A DNA stretch of 32,000 nucleotides from Akkermansia muciniphila ATCC BAA-835. GTDB taxonomy: Bacteria; Verrucomicrobiota; Verrucomicrobiia; Verrucomicrobiales; Akkermansiaceae. Both the position numbers and the translations under genes were made by a program. Below the pieces are notes generated by a model. The model made no database searches and was not told the origin of the DNA. It worked only from the letters and a program-made list of their open reading frames with translations. The stretch spans positions 2,370,001-2,402,000 of the forward strand of contig NC_010655.1 of NCBI RefSeq assembly GCF_000020225.1. The letters are read 5' to 3'. Below are positions 1-7,173 of this stretch, in pieces (position 1 is the stretch's first letter; every line of letters starts with the position of its first letter).

Positions 1-60
1 CATGCGCGGGAAAAAGATATCCACCTGTTTACGAAGGAAGACCTGAAAACGCTGAAATAA
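1..60 (+). CDS. 3' end of an unidentified CDS truncated by the window edge
   Basis: Frame 1 is open from the window edge (...HAREKDIHLFTKEDLKTLK) and ends at TAA 58-60. Only 19 codons are visible, so no family can be assigned. Confidence 0.3.
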   Translation, partial: HAREKDIHLFTKEDLKTLK

Positions 61-203
61 CGGATTTGCCTGACCGCAAGGATGATGCGGGAACTCACTC
101 CGCAAAGCCGGGAGGGGCAAAAACGCCAGGCCGCTCCAAAACGGAGGAGCCGTCTTCTTTCCCCGTTTCCTCAGCAATCATCATTCCCGCAGAGGAGATT
201 CTT

Positions 204-908
204 TTATTTCTTCCTGACGCGGACAGTCAGGTACAACAGCCGCAAAAGAGCCAGTGCCGGAATCTGAAGCGTCAGGAAATACCACGGAGCGGGCCCGAAA
301 TATTCCAGTACGGTCCCTGCCGGAGCATACCGGGTAAAACCGTAATTCGTATCCAGCCAGATATTCACCGGAATAATACAAACCAGGTAGGCGTCGCACA
401 AACCCAGCGCCCGCATGTCATCCCACGGCCGCGCACGCCATTGCAGGACGGCGGGAAGGTAAAGAGCGGAAATCAATAAAAGCCCATGCCCGATGAAAAA
501 GGCGAAAAAGGCGACGGAGGGGAAACCGTCGTGAAGCATGGGGGTAATCAATCCCTGGACGCTTGCCGTCAGCACGCCGAAATACGCCACGGCGCATGCC
601 CAGGGTGTACGGAACCACAGGGCGATAAAACAGACCAGAGCCATCAGACTGCAAAAATGCAGCGGAAGCCTGTCCTGCCAGGGCTCCCAATGTTCTCTGA
701 CGATGCGGCCGAATGTTTCCATCAGGAAAGTCAGCAGGAAAAAGCTTCCCAGAACCTTTCCCACAAGCAAACGGCTCTCCATCCGGAGCCGCCGGCATCC
801 CCACAGGAGCCCCCCTGCTGCCAGCGCCACGATGCCCAGGGCAGCCCAGTGCGGCAGGCTCCAACGGACAAACAGGGGCGCAATTTCTCCGGTCATAAAA
901 AAATCCAT
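204..908 (-). CDS. TIGR02206/YwaF-type (TMEM164-like) polytopic integral membrane protein
   Basis: ORF 204-935 is strongly hydrophobic with multiple predicted helices. Motifs LPLHFCS, VQGLITP, FFAFFxxHG and TNYGF match my recollection of the TIGR02206 family. Start placed at ATG 906-908 (MDFFMTGE), which overlaps the upstream TGA (908-910) by 1 nt; 935 is the alternative start. It is roughly half identical (hand alignment) to the ORF at 16732-17451. Confidence 0.75.
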   Translation of the reverse strand: MDFFMTGEIAPLFVRWSLPHWAALGIVALAAGGLLWGCRRLRMESRLLVGKVLGSFFLLTFLMETFGRIVREHWEPWQDRLPLHFCSLMALVCFIALWFRTPWACAVAYFGVLTASVQGLITPMLHDGFPSVAFFAFFIGHGLLLISALYLPAVLQWRARPWDDMRALGLCDAYLVCIIPVNIWLDTNYGFTRYAPAGTVLEYFGPAPWYFLTLQIPALALLRLLYLTVRVRKK

Positions 909-1399
909 CAACGGGAAGGAGGAGGTTCCGGGCACGCATGAAGTTTGGCGCTGACGGCCTCCACCTTAAGACGCAGAACACATACGGAACGGACCATGCC
1001 GGGGGTAAAATCCGCATCCCTGCCCGTCTGGTGTAGCATGATGCGGCGCAAGGCATGCATCTTTTCCTCATCCTCCCGGAGAAATTCGACGACGCCACGC
1101 CCCATGACGCAGCCGTAGGCGTAACTGTACCGGCACGGGACATCCCCCTCCAGCAACACATGATCCCCATCCATTTCAAAAGAAACCTCCGGACGGTTTT
1201 GCAGGATATCCAGCTTCCTCCCTTCCCTGGCGCAGTGGAAAAACAGGCTCAGGGAACCATTTTTTTCTTCATATCCGAAGTTGAGGGGAACTACATACAC
1301 CTCCCTGCCGTCCCACAGTCCCAGGCGGCACACCTTGAACCGGGCGACCATTTCCATCAAATCCCCGTGCCGGGTCACTTCCCTGTCTTTTCTTCTCAT
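908..1399 (-). CDS. pyridoxamine 5'-phosphate oxidase family (Pyridox_ox_2 / Nim-like split-barrel flavoprotein)
   Basis: The N-terminus MRRKDREVT... is the typical start of this family. Size is about 163 aa, with pattern VVPLNFGY...LFFHCAREGRK...EVSFEMD. ATG 1397-1399 overlaps the upstream TGA 1396-1398 (ATGA). Confidence 0.8.
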   Translation of the reverse strand: MRRKDREVTRHGDLMEMVARFKVCRLGLWDGREVYVVPLNFGYEEKNGSLSLFFHCAREGRKLDILQNRPEVSFEMDGDHVLLEGDVPCRYSYAYGCVMGRGVVEFLREDEEKMHALRRIMLHQTGRDADFTPGMVRSVCVLRLKVEAVSAKLHACPEPPPSR

Positions 1400-2112
1400 A
1401 AGCCGGCGCCCTCCATCCATTCATTCATGCAAAGGGCGGCACGTCCGGCCAGCAGGGAGCCATTCCGTACGGAAGCCGCCCGAAGTCCGCAAATATCCGT
1501 CCCCGCCTGCATCAATTCACAGGCATGGCCGGTCAGCCACTCCTCCATCCGGGAAACATCCGCCTCCACATGGAACTGGAGAGCCAGGGCATGCCTCCCT
1601 ATGCAAAAAGCCTGATGGGGAGTTACCTCCGTGGATGCCAGCAGGTGCGCTCCGGAAGGGACATCAAACGTATCCCCATGCCAATGCAGGACGGGCACCC
1701 CCTCCAGATAACGGAGAGGGGACAAACGCCCGTCCCCCGTCAGGGATACGGTTCCCCACCCTATTTCCCTGGCCTTTCCGGGATAAACGCGGCTGCCGAG
1801 GGCATGGGCCATCATTTGAGCTCCGAGGCATACGCCCAGCAGAGGCTGCCGACTTTCCAGACGCATGCGGACCAAATCCAGTTCCGTCTTCAAATAGGGA
1901 TACGATTCCGTATCCCCCACCCCTACGGGACCGCCCAGCACCACGCACAGGTCAGCCTCCAGCCATTCCCGGACGGAAGGACAGGGAGCGCCCGCCCGAA
2001 TGTACCGTGTTCGGAAGCCCCTGTCCCTGAAAAGAGGTTCCAGCGTACCGAGATCTTCAAAAGCCACATGGCGCAGGGCCAGGCAAGTGCGGGATGCTGA
2101 ACGGCTACTCAT
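1396..2112 (-). CDS. stand-alone class I glutamine amidotransferase (GuaA-N-terminal-like, COG0518 type)
   Basis: 238 aa. The nucleophile elbow LLGVCLGAQ and the His/Glu pair in LQFHVE form the class I GATase triad. ATG verified at 2110-2112. Confidence 0.85.
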   Translation of the reverse strand: MSSRSASRTCLALRHVAFEDLGTLEPLFRDRGFRTRYIRAGAPCPSVREWLEADLCVVLGGPVGVGDTESYPYLKTELDLVRMRLESRQPLLGVCLGAQMMAHALGSRVYPGKAREIGWGTVSLTGDGRLSPLRYLEGVPVLHWHGDTFDVPSGAHLLASTEVTPHQAFCIGRHALALQFHVEADVSRMEEWLTGHACELMQAGTDICGLRAASVRNGSLLAGRAALCMNEWMEGAGL

Positions 2113-2211
2113 GGCGACGAAGGATGAACCTCAGCAAGGAATATAGAAAAAAATCCTCCGGGAAAAGCTTTTTGCCCTCTTCCCTCCGCATTTCCGGAAC
2201 CAGGATGTCCA

Positions 2212-2706
2212 TCATGAAACGGAAATATCCGCCACATCCGCAAAAAAGCCCTCCGCCGCACGGCATAAATCCACAGGATTCAATTCAATCTGGCACCCCA
2301 GACGTCCGCCGCTCACCACCATCTCCGGCAGGGCTTCCGCGCTGGCATCAATCACCGTAGGGTATTTCCTTTTCATCCCCAAAGCCGTGCAGCCGCCGCG
2401 CACGTACCCCGTCACGGCGGTAATATCCTTCACCGGAAGCATGGAAAGAGCCTTTTCTCCCACGGTGCGGGCAGCCTTTTTCAAGGAAAGCTCCGCGCCT
2501 ATGGGTATCACGAACACGTAATACTGCCGAGGAGCTCCCTCCGTTACCAGCGTCTTGTACATCTTCTCCTCCGCCAGGTTCAGTGCTTCCGCCGTATGCC
2601 GCGCATCCACAAACTCGCGGCATTCATAGGAATAATGCCTGTACGGGATATGCAGCGCATCCAGCAGGCGCATAGCATTTGTCTTTGCCTCCTTCTTTTT
2701 GGACAT
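2212..2706 (-). CDS. ybaK: Cys-tRNA(Pro)/Cys-tRNA(Cys) deacylase YbaK
   Basis: MSKKKEAKTNAMRLLDALHIPY..., VTGYVRGGCTALGMKRKYP and a size of about 164 aa fit YbaK. Start placed at internal ATG 2704-2706; the track ORF extends to 2760. Confidence 0.85.
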   Translation of the reverse strand: MSKKKEAKTNAMRLLDALHIPYRHYSYECREFVDARHTAEALNLAEEKMYKTLVTEGAPRQYYVFVIPIGAELSLKKAARTVGEKALSMLPVKDITAVTGYVRGGCTALGMKRKYPTVIDASAEALPEMVVSGGRLGCQIELNPVDLCRAAEGFFADVADISVS

Positions 2707-2974
2707 AAACTTGAAAAGGGAACGTCCCGGTAACATAGAAAAAAAGCCTTCCTTTGACAAGGCCGAGCCCCCCGACGGCCCCTATGAAAAAGTGGAACGG
2801 AAACGGGAATTTCTCTGAAAGAGCGGTAAGGACAGCAACGCCGTTCCCCCAGTGCAGCCCGTTCACAGCGGAGAATTTCAGAAACGGAGGACGGCGAAAA
2901 AGAAAAAGGAAAAAACGCCTCATTTCCTCAGAACCCTTGACTTGCCGCTGGCAGAAAAGATAACATCCGGTATC

Positions 2975-4396
2975 ATGGAAGATTATCGTGTCCGGAGAAG
3001 CCTTGGAGAACATGTCCTGCGCTGCTCCGTCCTGATTGCTGCGCTCTTCATCATGTCTCTGGGCATCGCTCTGTCCACCAAGGCAGACCTGGGAGTCTCC
3101 CCCATCTCCTGCACGCCCTATGTGCTCAGCCTGGCATTCCCTCTAACCATGGGGACCGTCACCATCCTCATGCACCTGAGCTTTGTGGCCGTGCAGGCGG
3201 CCCTGCTGAAAAGGCAATTCCGTCCGGCGCATCTGCTCCAGATTCCCATAGCTTTTATCTTCGGCTTTCTGACGGATTTTTCCATGTGGATCATAGCGCC
3301 TCTGGAACCGGACGGATACCTGTGGTCCGTTATTCTCTGCCTGTTCAGCTGCGTGGTAATCGGATTCGGCGTCTTTCTTCAGGTTAAGGCGGATTCCGTT
3401 CTTCTGGCAGGGGAAGGCATGAGCCTGGCCTTCGTCAAACTCTTCAAATGGGAATTCGGAGCCGTAAAAACCGGGATGGACTGCACGCTCGTCTGCATCG
3501 GCCTGGCCTGTTCCCTCATCTTCCTGCCCGGACTGACAGGCATACGGGAAGGAACCGTGGTGGCCGCCGTCCTGGTGGGAATGATCGTCCGTTTTTTCAA
3601 CAGGCACGTCTTCTGGCCGGACAGGCTCCTGGAACGGCTGGCGCGCCCCGGAGCAGCAAGCGAGCTTCCTCCGCTGGCACAAACGGCCGCTTATGCTCCG
3701 GACGCCCCTCTGGTCATTTCCATTGACCGGGAATACGGTTCCGGCGGCCATGCCATCGGGAAAATGCTGGCGGAAAAGCTGGGCATCCGATTCTACGACT
3801 CGGAACTGGTGTACCTCACAGCCTCCCGGAGCGGCCTCACTCCGGACTACATCCGCAAGCACGAACAACAGCTTTCCAGCCGCTTCCTGCACGAACTTTA
3901 CGCCCAGAACTATGCCTACACGGCGGAGGAAATGCCCCCTGAAGACGCCACCTTCCTGGCACAGAGCAAAGTCATCCGGGACATTACGGCCAGTCAGGCA
4001 TGCGTCATCGTGGGCCGCTGCGCCAACTTCATCCTGAAAGGGAGACCCAACCTGTTCAGTGTTTTCCTTCATGCGGACCGGGCCACGCGCATGCAGCGCG
4101 TTATTGAAAACTATGGGGTAGAACCTGGCGGGGCAGCCCGGGCCATGGACATCATGGACTCCCGCCGCCGCACCCACTGCCTGCACTACACCGGGCAGGA
4201 ACTGGGCAATGCACGCCTCTACGACTTGTGCGTCAACACGTCCGATTACGGACTGAAACGCACGGTGGAACTGATTCTGGAAGCCATCAATACCAGAACC
4301 GAACAATCTTCCGCTGTAGAAACGGTTCCCGTCCGCTCCGCATCTTTTCCCGAACCGGAAGAGGACAGCATTCCCGGAGAAATATCCCTCGCCTGA
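2975..4396 (+). CDS. fusion protein: N-terminal polytopic membrane domain (YczE/DUF6198-like) + C-terminal cytidylate-kinase-like (Cytidylate_kin2) domain
   Basis: The N-terminal ~230 aa are hydrophobic and contain LGIALSTKADLGVSPISCTPYVLS. The C-terminal ~190 aa begin LVISIDREYGSGGHAIGKMLAEKLGIRFYDSELV..., the signature of the cytidylate-kinase-like family. Start placed at ATG 2975 (MEDYRVRR); the track ORF starts at 2852. Confidence 0.75.
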   Translation: MEDYRVRRSLGEHVLRCSVLIAALFIMSLGIALSTKADLGVSPISCTPYVLSLAFPLTMGTVTILMHLSFVAVQAALLKRQFRPAHLLQIPIAFIFGFLTDFSMWIIAPLEPDGYLWSVILCLFSCVVIGFGVFLQVKADSVLLAGEGMSLAFVKLFKWEFGAVKTGMDCTLVCIGLACSLIFLPGLTGIREGTVVAAVLVGMIVRFFNRHVFWPDRLLERLARPGAASELPPLAQTAAYAPDAPLVISIDREYGSGGHAIGKMLAEKLGIRFYDSELVYLTASRSGLTPDYIRKHEQQLSSRFLHELYAQNYAYTAEEMPPEDATFLAQSKVIRDITASQACVIVGRCANFILKGRPNLFSVFLHADRATRMQRVIENYGVEPGGAARAMDIMDSRRRTHCLHYTGQELGNARLYDLCVNTSDYGLKRTVELILEAINTRTEQSSAVETVPVRSASFPEPEEDSIPGEISLA

Positions 4397-4691
4397 CAGG
4401 GGCAAATGTCTCCAACAGCCAATACTTATGTAACAACTGCCCTCCCGGCACCTTGTTCACCGGTAACAGAATCCGTTGTCTGAAAAAACTGCCTGGCCGA
4501 TAAATAGGAAACTCTCTCCCCCTTTCCATAATCCCCGCAAAGGGAAAGATTCCGTATCTCCTTCAGATGAAAAACCGGCTGGAAAACGAATGGCCCCTTC
4601 CACACAAAAGGCTGCCCCTCCCAACTCCCCGTTTTTTTGCCGGCTGCATAATTCAAAACAACAAAAGGCAGCCTTTCTGAGTCCAAAAAAC

Positions 4692-5141
4692 ATGAGACTC
4701 TGGTCACTCCACCCCTCTTACCTGGATGCTGTCGGCCTGGTTGCCCTGTGGAGGGAAGGCCTCCTGGCACGCAAAGTTTTGCAGGGGCAGACAAAAGGAT
4801 ATATCCATCATTCTCAGCTCTTCCGCTTCCGGGAGACGGAAAACCCCATTCATGTCCTGGATTTCTACCTGAAAACCGTCCATGACGAATCCATCCGCAG
4901 AGGCTACAATTTTGATTTAAGCAAAATTTCTCCCTGCGAAAGCCGTCCCCATTCCCTTCTCCTGCCGGATAAACAGCTCGAATACGAATTCCTTCATCTT
5001 CTGGACAAGCTCAAGGAAAGGTTCCCCCGGCAATATTCCCTGTTGCGGCAAACCGCAGTCCCCCATCCCCATCCGCTTTTTCAAATAACGCCAGGAGATA
5101 TTTGCTCCTGGGAGAAAAAGCCTGTTTCGTCATTAACATGA
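4692..5141 (+). CDS. pyrimidine dimer DNA glycosylase / endonuclease V (DenV-like, Pyr_excise family)
   Basis: MRLWSLHPSYLDAVGLVALWREGLLARKVLQGQTKGYIHHSQLFRF closely matches the conserved N-terminus of this family. Size is 149 aa. ATG verified at 4692; the track ORF starts at 4476. Confidence 0.8.
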   Translation: MRLWSLHPSYLDAVGLVALWREGLLARKVLQGQTKGYIHHSQLFRFRETENPIHVLDFYLKTVHDESIRRGYNFDLSKISPCESRPHSLLLPDKQLEYEFLHLLDKLKERFPRQYSLLRQTAVPHPHPLFQITPGDICSWEKKPVSSLT

Positions 5142-5387
5142 CTTCATTTTCTTCTCCGGGAAAGGTTGCCTTCCAATAAATATTTTTGGAATGCCCCCTT
5201 ATTCCCGCTGGAAACTATTGATCCGGTTTGGCATCTTTTCATAGTGACGGGGATAAAACCACAGGCATACGCCATTTCCATCTCATCACCCGGGCAGTCA
5301 CTGCAGCGAGCAGAATTATTGCAAGACCCTTTCCAACCTTTTAATTCTTCAGGCCCATACGGTGAAAAAACATGCCCGGCAAAGGAA

Positions 5388-5419
5388 AAGGCCTTAAAGC
5401 ATTTGTGCTTTAAGGCCTT
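5388..5419 (-). terminator. rho-independent terminator downstream of tRNA-Ala
   Basis: Perfect 14 bp stem AAGGCCTTAAAGCA / TGCTTTAAGGCCTT with a 4 nt loop. On the - strand it lies 5 nt after the tRNA 3' end and is followed by TTTTCCTTT. Confidence 0.8.
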
Positions 5420-5423
5420 TATT

Positions 5424-5499
5424 TGGTGGAGCATAGCGGGTTCGAACCGCTGACCTCTTCAATGCCATTGAAGCGCTCTACCAACTGAGCTAATACCCC
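5424..5499 (-). tRNA. tRNA-Ala (anticodon GGC), CCA encoded
   Basis: The reverse complement GGGGTATTAGCTCAGTTGGTAGAGCGCTTCAATGGCATTGAAGAGGTCAGCGGTTCGAACCCGCTATGCTCCACCA folds by hand into a 76 nt cloverleaf. It has the G3:U70 alanine identity pair, anticodon loop ATGGCAT and T-loop TTCGAAC. Confidence 0.95.
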
Positions 5500-5715
5500 T
5501 TTGACTTTCGTCTTGGTGCGTCCTGTTGAGGACGGGGAGAAATTATCATTTCCAAAGCGGGCATGCAAGCTTTTTCTACAAAAAAATTGCCCCGGGATGA
5601 TTTTTCCGAAAAATACTGAATCCGGAAAGGGCTGCAAATCCCATGCAGACGAAAACAGGGACAGTCTGAACAAATGTGTTTGAATGAGACTCATTCCTGT
5701 TTTACCTTTCCATAA

Positions 5716-5976
5716 ATGATGAAACGCCCTCTTTTTACTCATCGTATGATATTCGCCTGCGCTCTGGCAATTTTGTCCCTGTCCTGTTCCGTTCACGCCC
5801 AGGAGACTCCAGCTGCGGAAGGACCGCCGGCCCAGACGGAGGACAGCGGCATTTCCACTCCCCGCAGAGTCGCCGGACTGGGCGTTCTGGCATTCCTGAT
5901 CGGCTGGATGATTTGGAGGAGCGGTTCCAGCCGCCAGAAGGACGGAGGCCATGACCAGGAGGCACCCCGGGAATGA
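5716..5976 (+). CDS. small exported protein with cleavable-looking signal peptide and C-terminal transmembrane anchor (unknown function)
   Basis: 86 aa. The signal peptide MMKRPLFTHRMIFACALAILSLSCSVHA|QE is followed by a short Pro/Glu-rich segment. A C-terminal helix VAGLGVLAFLIGWMIW is then followed by a basic tail. No family recognised and no clear SD. Confidence 0.5.
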   Translation: MMKRPLFTHRMIFACALAILSLSCSVHAQETPAAEGPPAQTEDSGISTPRRVAGLGVLAFLIGWMIWRSGSSRQKDGGHDQEAPRE

Positions 5977-6039
5977 CGCCGTTTTTGAAAGGTTGCCCTG
6001 GTTCCTGCCGTAGTCGTTGCAGGAAAGGAGTCTCCGGCC

Positions 6040-6654
6040 ATGAACATTATTCTACCCATCCTGAGCTTTCTGTGCGGTGTCATGCTGACGGAAACAGCTT
6101 CCGGCTCTTCTGAGGAGGGAAAGCCTTCTCCCGGCGTAGTGCAGGAATTGTGGTTCGGCATTCCGGGGGCATCCGTAAAGGACCTGACCCACAGGAAGAT
6201 TTTTGAAACGGCGGCCCCGGATGTCCGCACGATCAGCCATCTGGATGTGGAAAACCAGGGAGACAGGTACGGAGCCCGTTACTCCGCCCTGCTGAAAGTC
6301 CCGGCAAGCGGGAAGTACCGCCTTTACCTGTCTTCCGACGATTCCGCAGAGTTATGGCTGGGCAAGGATGCCACCCAGAAGGACATGGCCTGCATCGCCA
6401 CCGTCAAAGGATATTCCGACATCCATAATTGGGGCAACCAGCCCAACCAGGCTTCCGAACCTGTCCAGCTGGAAGCTGACCGGTTTTATTTTCTTCAGGT
6501 GATTCACAAGGAGGATGGAGGCCCGGACCATATGTCCGTCGCCTGGTCCGGGCCGGGCATCCCCGCCCCTGTCATCATTCCTGCCACGGCGCTGTTCATA
6601 CCGCCCGGTATCTTGCCGGAAGAAAAAAAACAATCCCCAGCCAAAGCGGACTGA
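6040..6654 (+). CDS. secreted PA14-domain protein
   Basis: 204 aa with an N-terminal signal-like segment. GKYRLYLSSDDSAELWLG ... FYFLQVIHKEDGGPDHMSVAWSGPG is the PA14/GLEYA-type pattern. AAGGAG lies 9 nt upstream of the ATG. Confidence 0.8.
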   Translation: MNIILPILSFLCGVMLTETASGSSEEGKPSPGVVQELWFGIPGASVKDLTHRKIFETAAPDVRTISHLDVENQGDRYGARYSALLKVPASGKYRLYLSSDDSAELWLGKDATQKDMACIATVKGYSDIHNWGNQPNQASEPVQLEADRFYFLQVIHKEDGGPDHMSVAWSGPGIPAPVIIPATALFIPPGILPEEKKQSPAKAD

Positions 6655-6774
6655 AAGGTTTTTTGATTACCTTCCCGCCGAGGAGACATCATCAATTTGC
6701 CGACGAGAAAATAGATATTTTCCATAAAACTCCATCAATCAATCATTTCCAATACGAAAAAAAACCGGACCTCC

Positions 6775-6799
6775 CTCCATCGGGGAAGCCCGGTTTTTT
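6775..6799 (+). terminator. rho-independent (potentially bidirectional) terminator after the PA14 gene
   Basis: The CCGG(A)CCTCCC ... GGGGAAGCCCGG imperfect hairpin is preceded by A8 and followed by T6. Confidence 0.65.
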
Positions 6800-6874
6800 C
6801 TCGTCGTATATCATGTAGTTAATTGAAGCGGCCTGACACAGAAAAATGCCAAAACACCTTCTGAATCCAAATCT

Positions 6875-7173
6875 AGCGGATTTCTAATCCGAGGTCAAGT
6901 TCCCAGTTTGAAAGGAAAGGCTTTGAGAAAAAGTCCCGATGTTTCACGGGGCTATCCATCTTGGAGTAAAAAACCTCTCTCTTTTTCAAGTGAAGTATAA
7001 GAAGGAAAAAGGAATTTTTGCTATTCATGTCGTTTCAAAATCCGGGAATCATTTGTTTTCAAAGATTCCCTTCTCTTTGAATTCATAATGACCAGCATTG
7101 CTTCTCAGAGGAGAAAAGCTTCTCTCCCTGAAAATTTTTTATCATGATGAAGGTTGCGGATTAGAAATCCGCT
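6875..7173. repeat. 299 bp AT-rich cassette bounded by perfect 17 bp inverted repeats, each a hairpin
   Basis: AGCGGATTTCTAATCCG (6875-6891) is the exact reverse complement of CGGATTAGAAATCCGCT (7157-7173). Each copy is a 6-7 bp stem with a 3 nt loop. See findings. Confidence 0.6.

Noticed and set aside
2852-2974. N-terminal extensions offered by the ORF track (for example 2852 for the fusion gene, 19473 for nrdJ, 7545 for metH, 13050 for hom, 14357 for lysC, 24183 for mutY, 24971 for aat, 4476 for the glycosylase)
   Set aside because: The track takes the most upstream ATG/GTG/TTG. The extensions are Lys/Arg/Pro-rich or overlap the preceding gene, whereas the family-typical N-termini begin at the internal ATGs I verified in the sequence.
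4607-4676. 10 bp inverted repeat AAAGGCTGCC / GGCAGCCTTT with a 50 nt spacer, plus a third GGCTGC copy at 4642-4647, just upstream of the glycosylase gene
   Set aside because: The stems are short and the loop long. The internal T7 run is not preceded by a hairpin, so no terminator or attenuator model fits. It could be chance or a minor regulatory hairpin.
5144-5434. 96 aa - strand ORF (and the 95 aa + strand ORF 5166-5453) between the glycosylase gene and tRNA-Ala
   Set aside because: The 5' third overlaps the tRNA-Ala gene and its terminator hairpin. The first internal ATG (5281) would leave only a 45 aa Cys-containing peptide with no SD and no recognisable family. The remaining ~245 bp (5142-5387) stays unassigned.
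6875-7173. Considered whether the GCGGATT...AATCCGC repeats are CRISPR repeats or an orphan array
   Set aside because: There are only two copies. They are in inverted rather than direct orientation (17/17 inverted against 13/16 direct), about 280 bp apart and only 17 nt long. There are no cas genes in the window.
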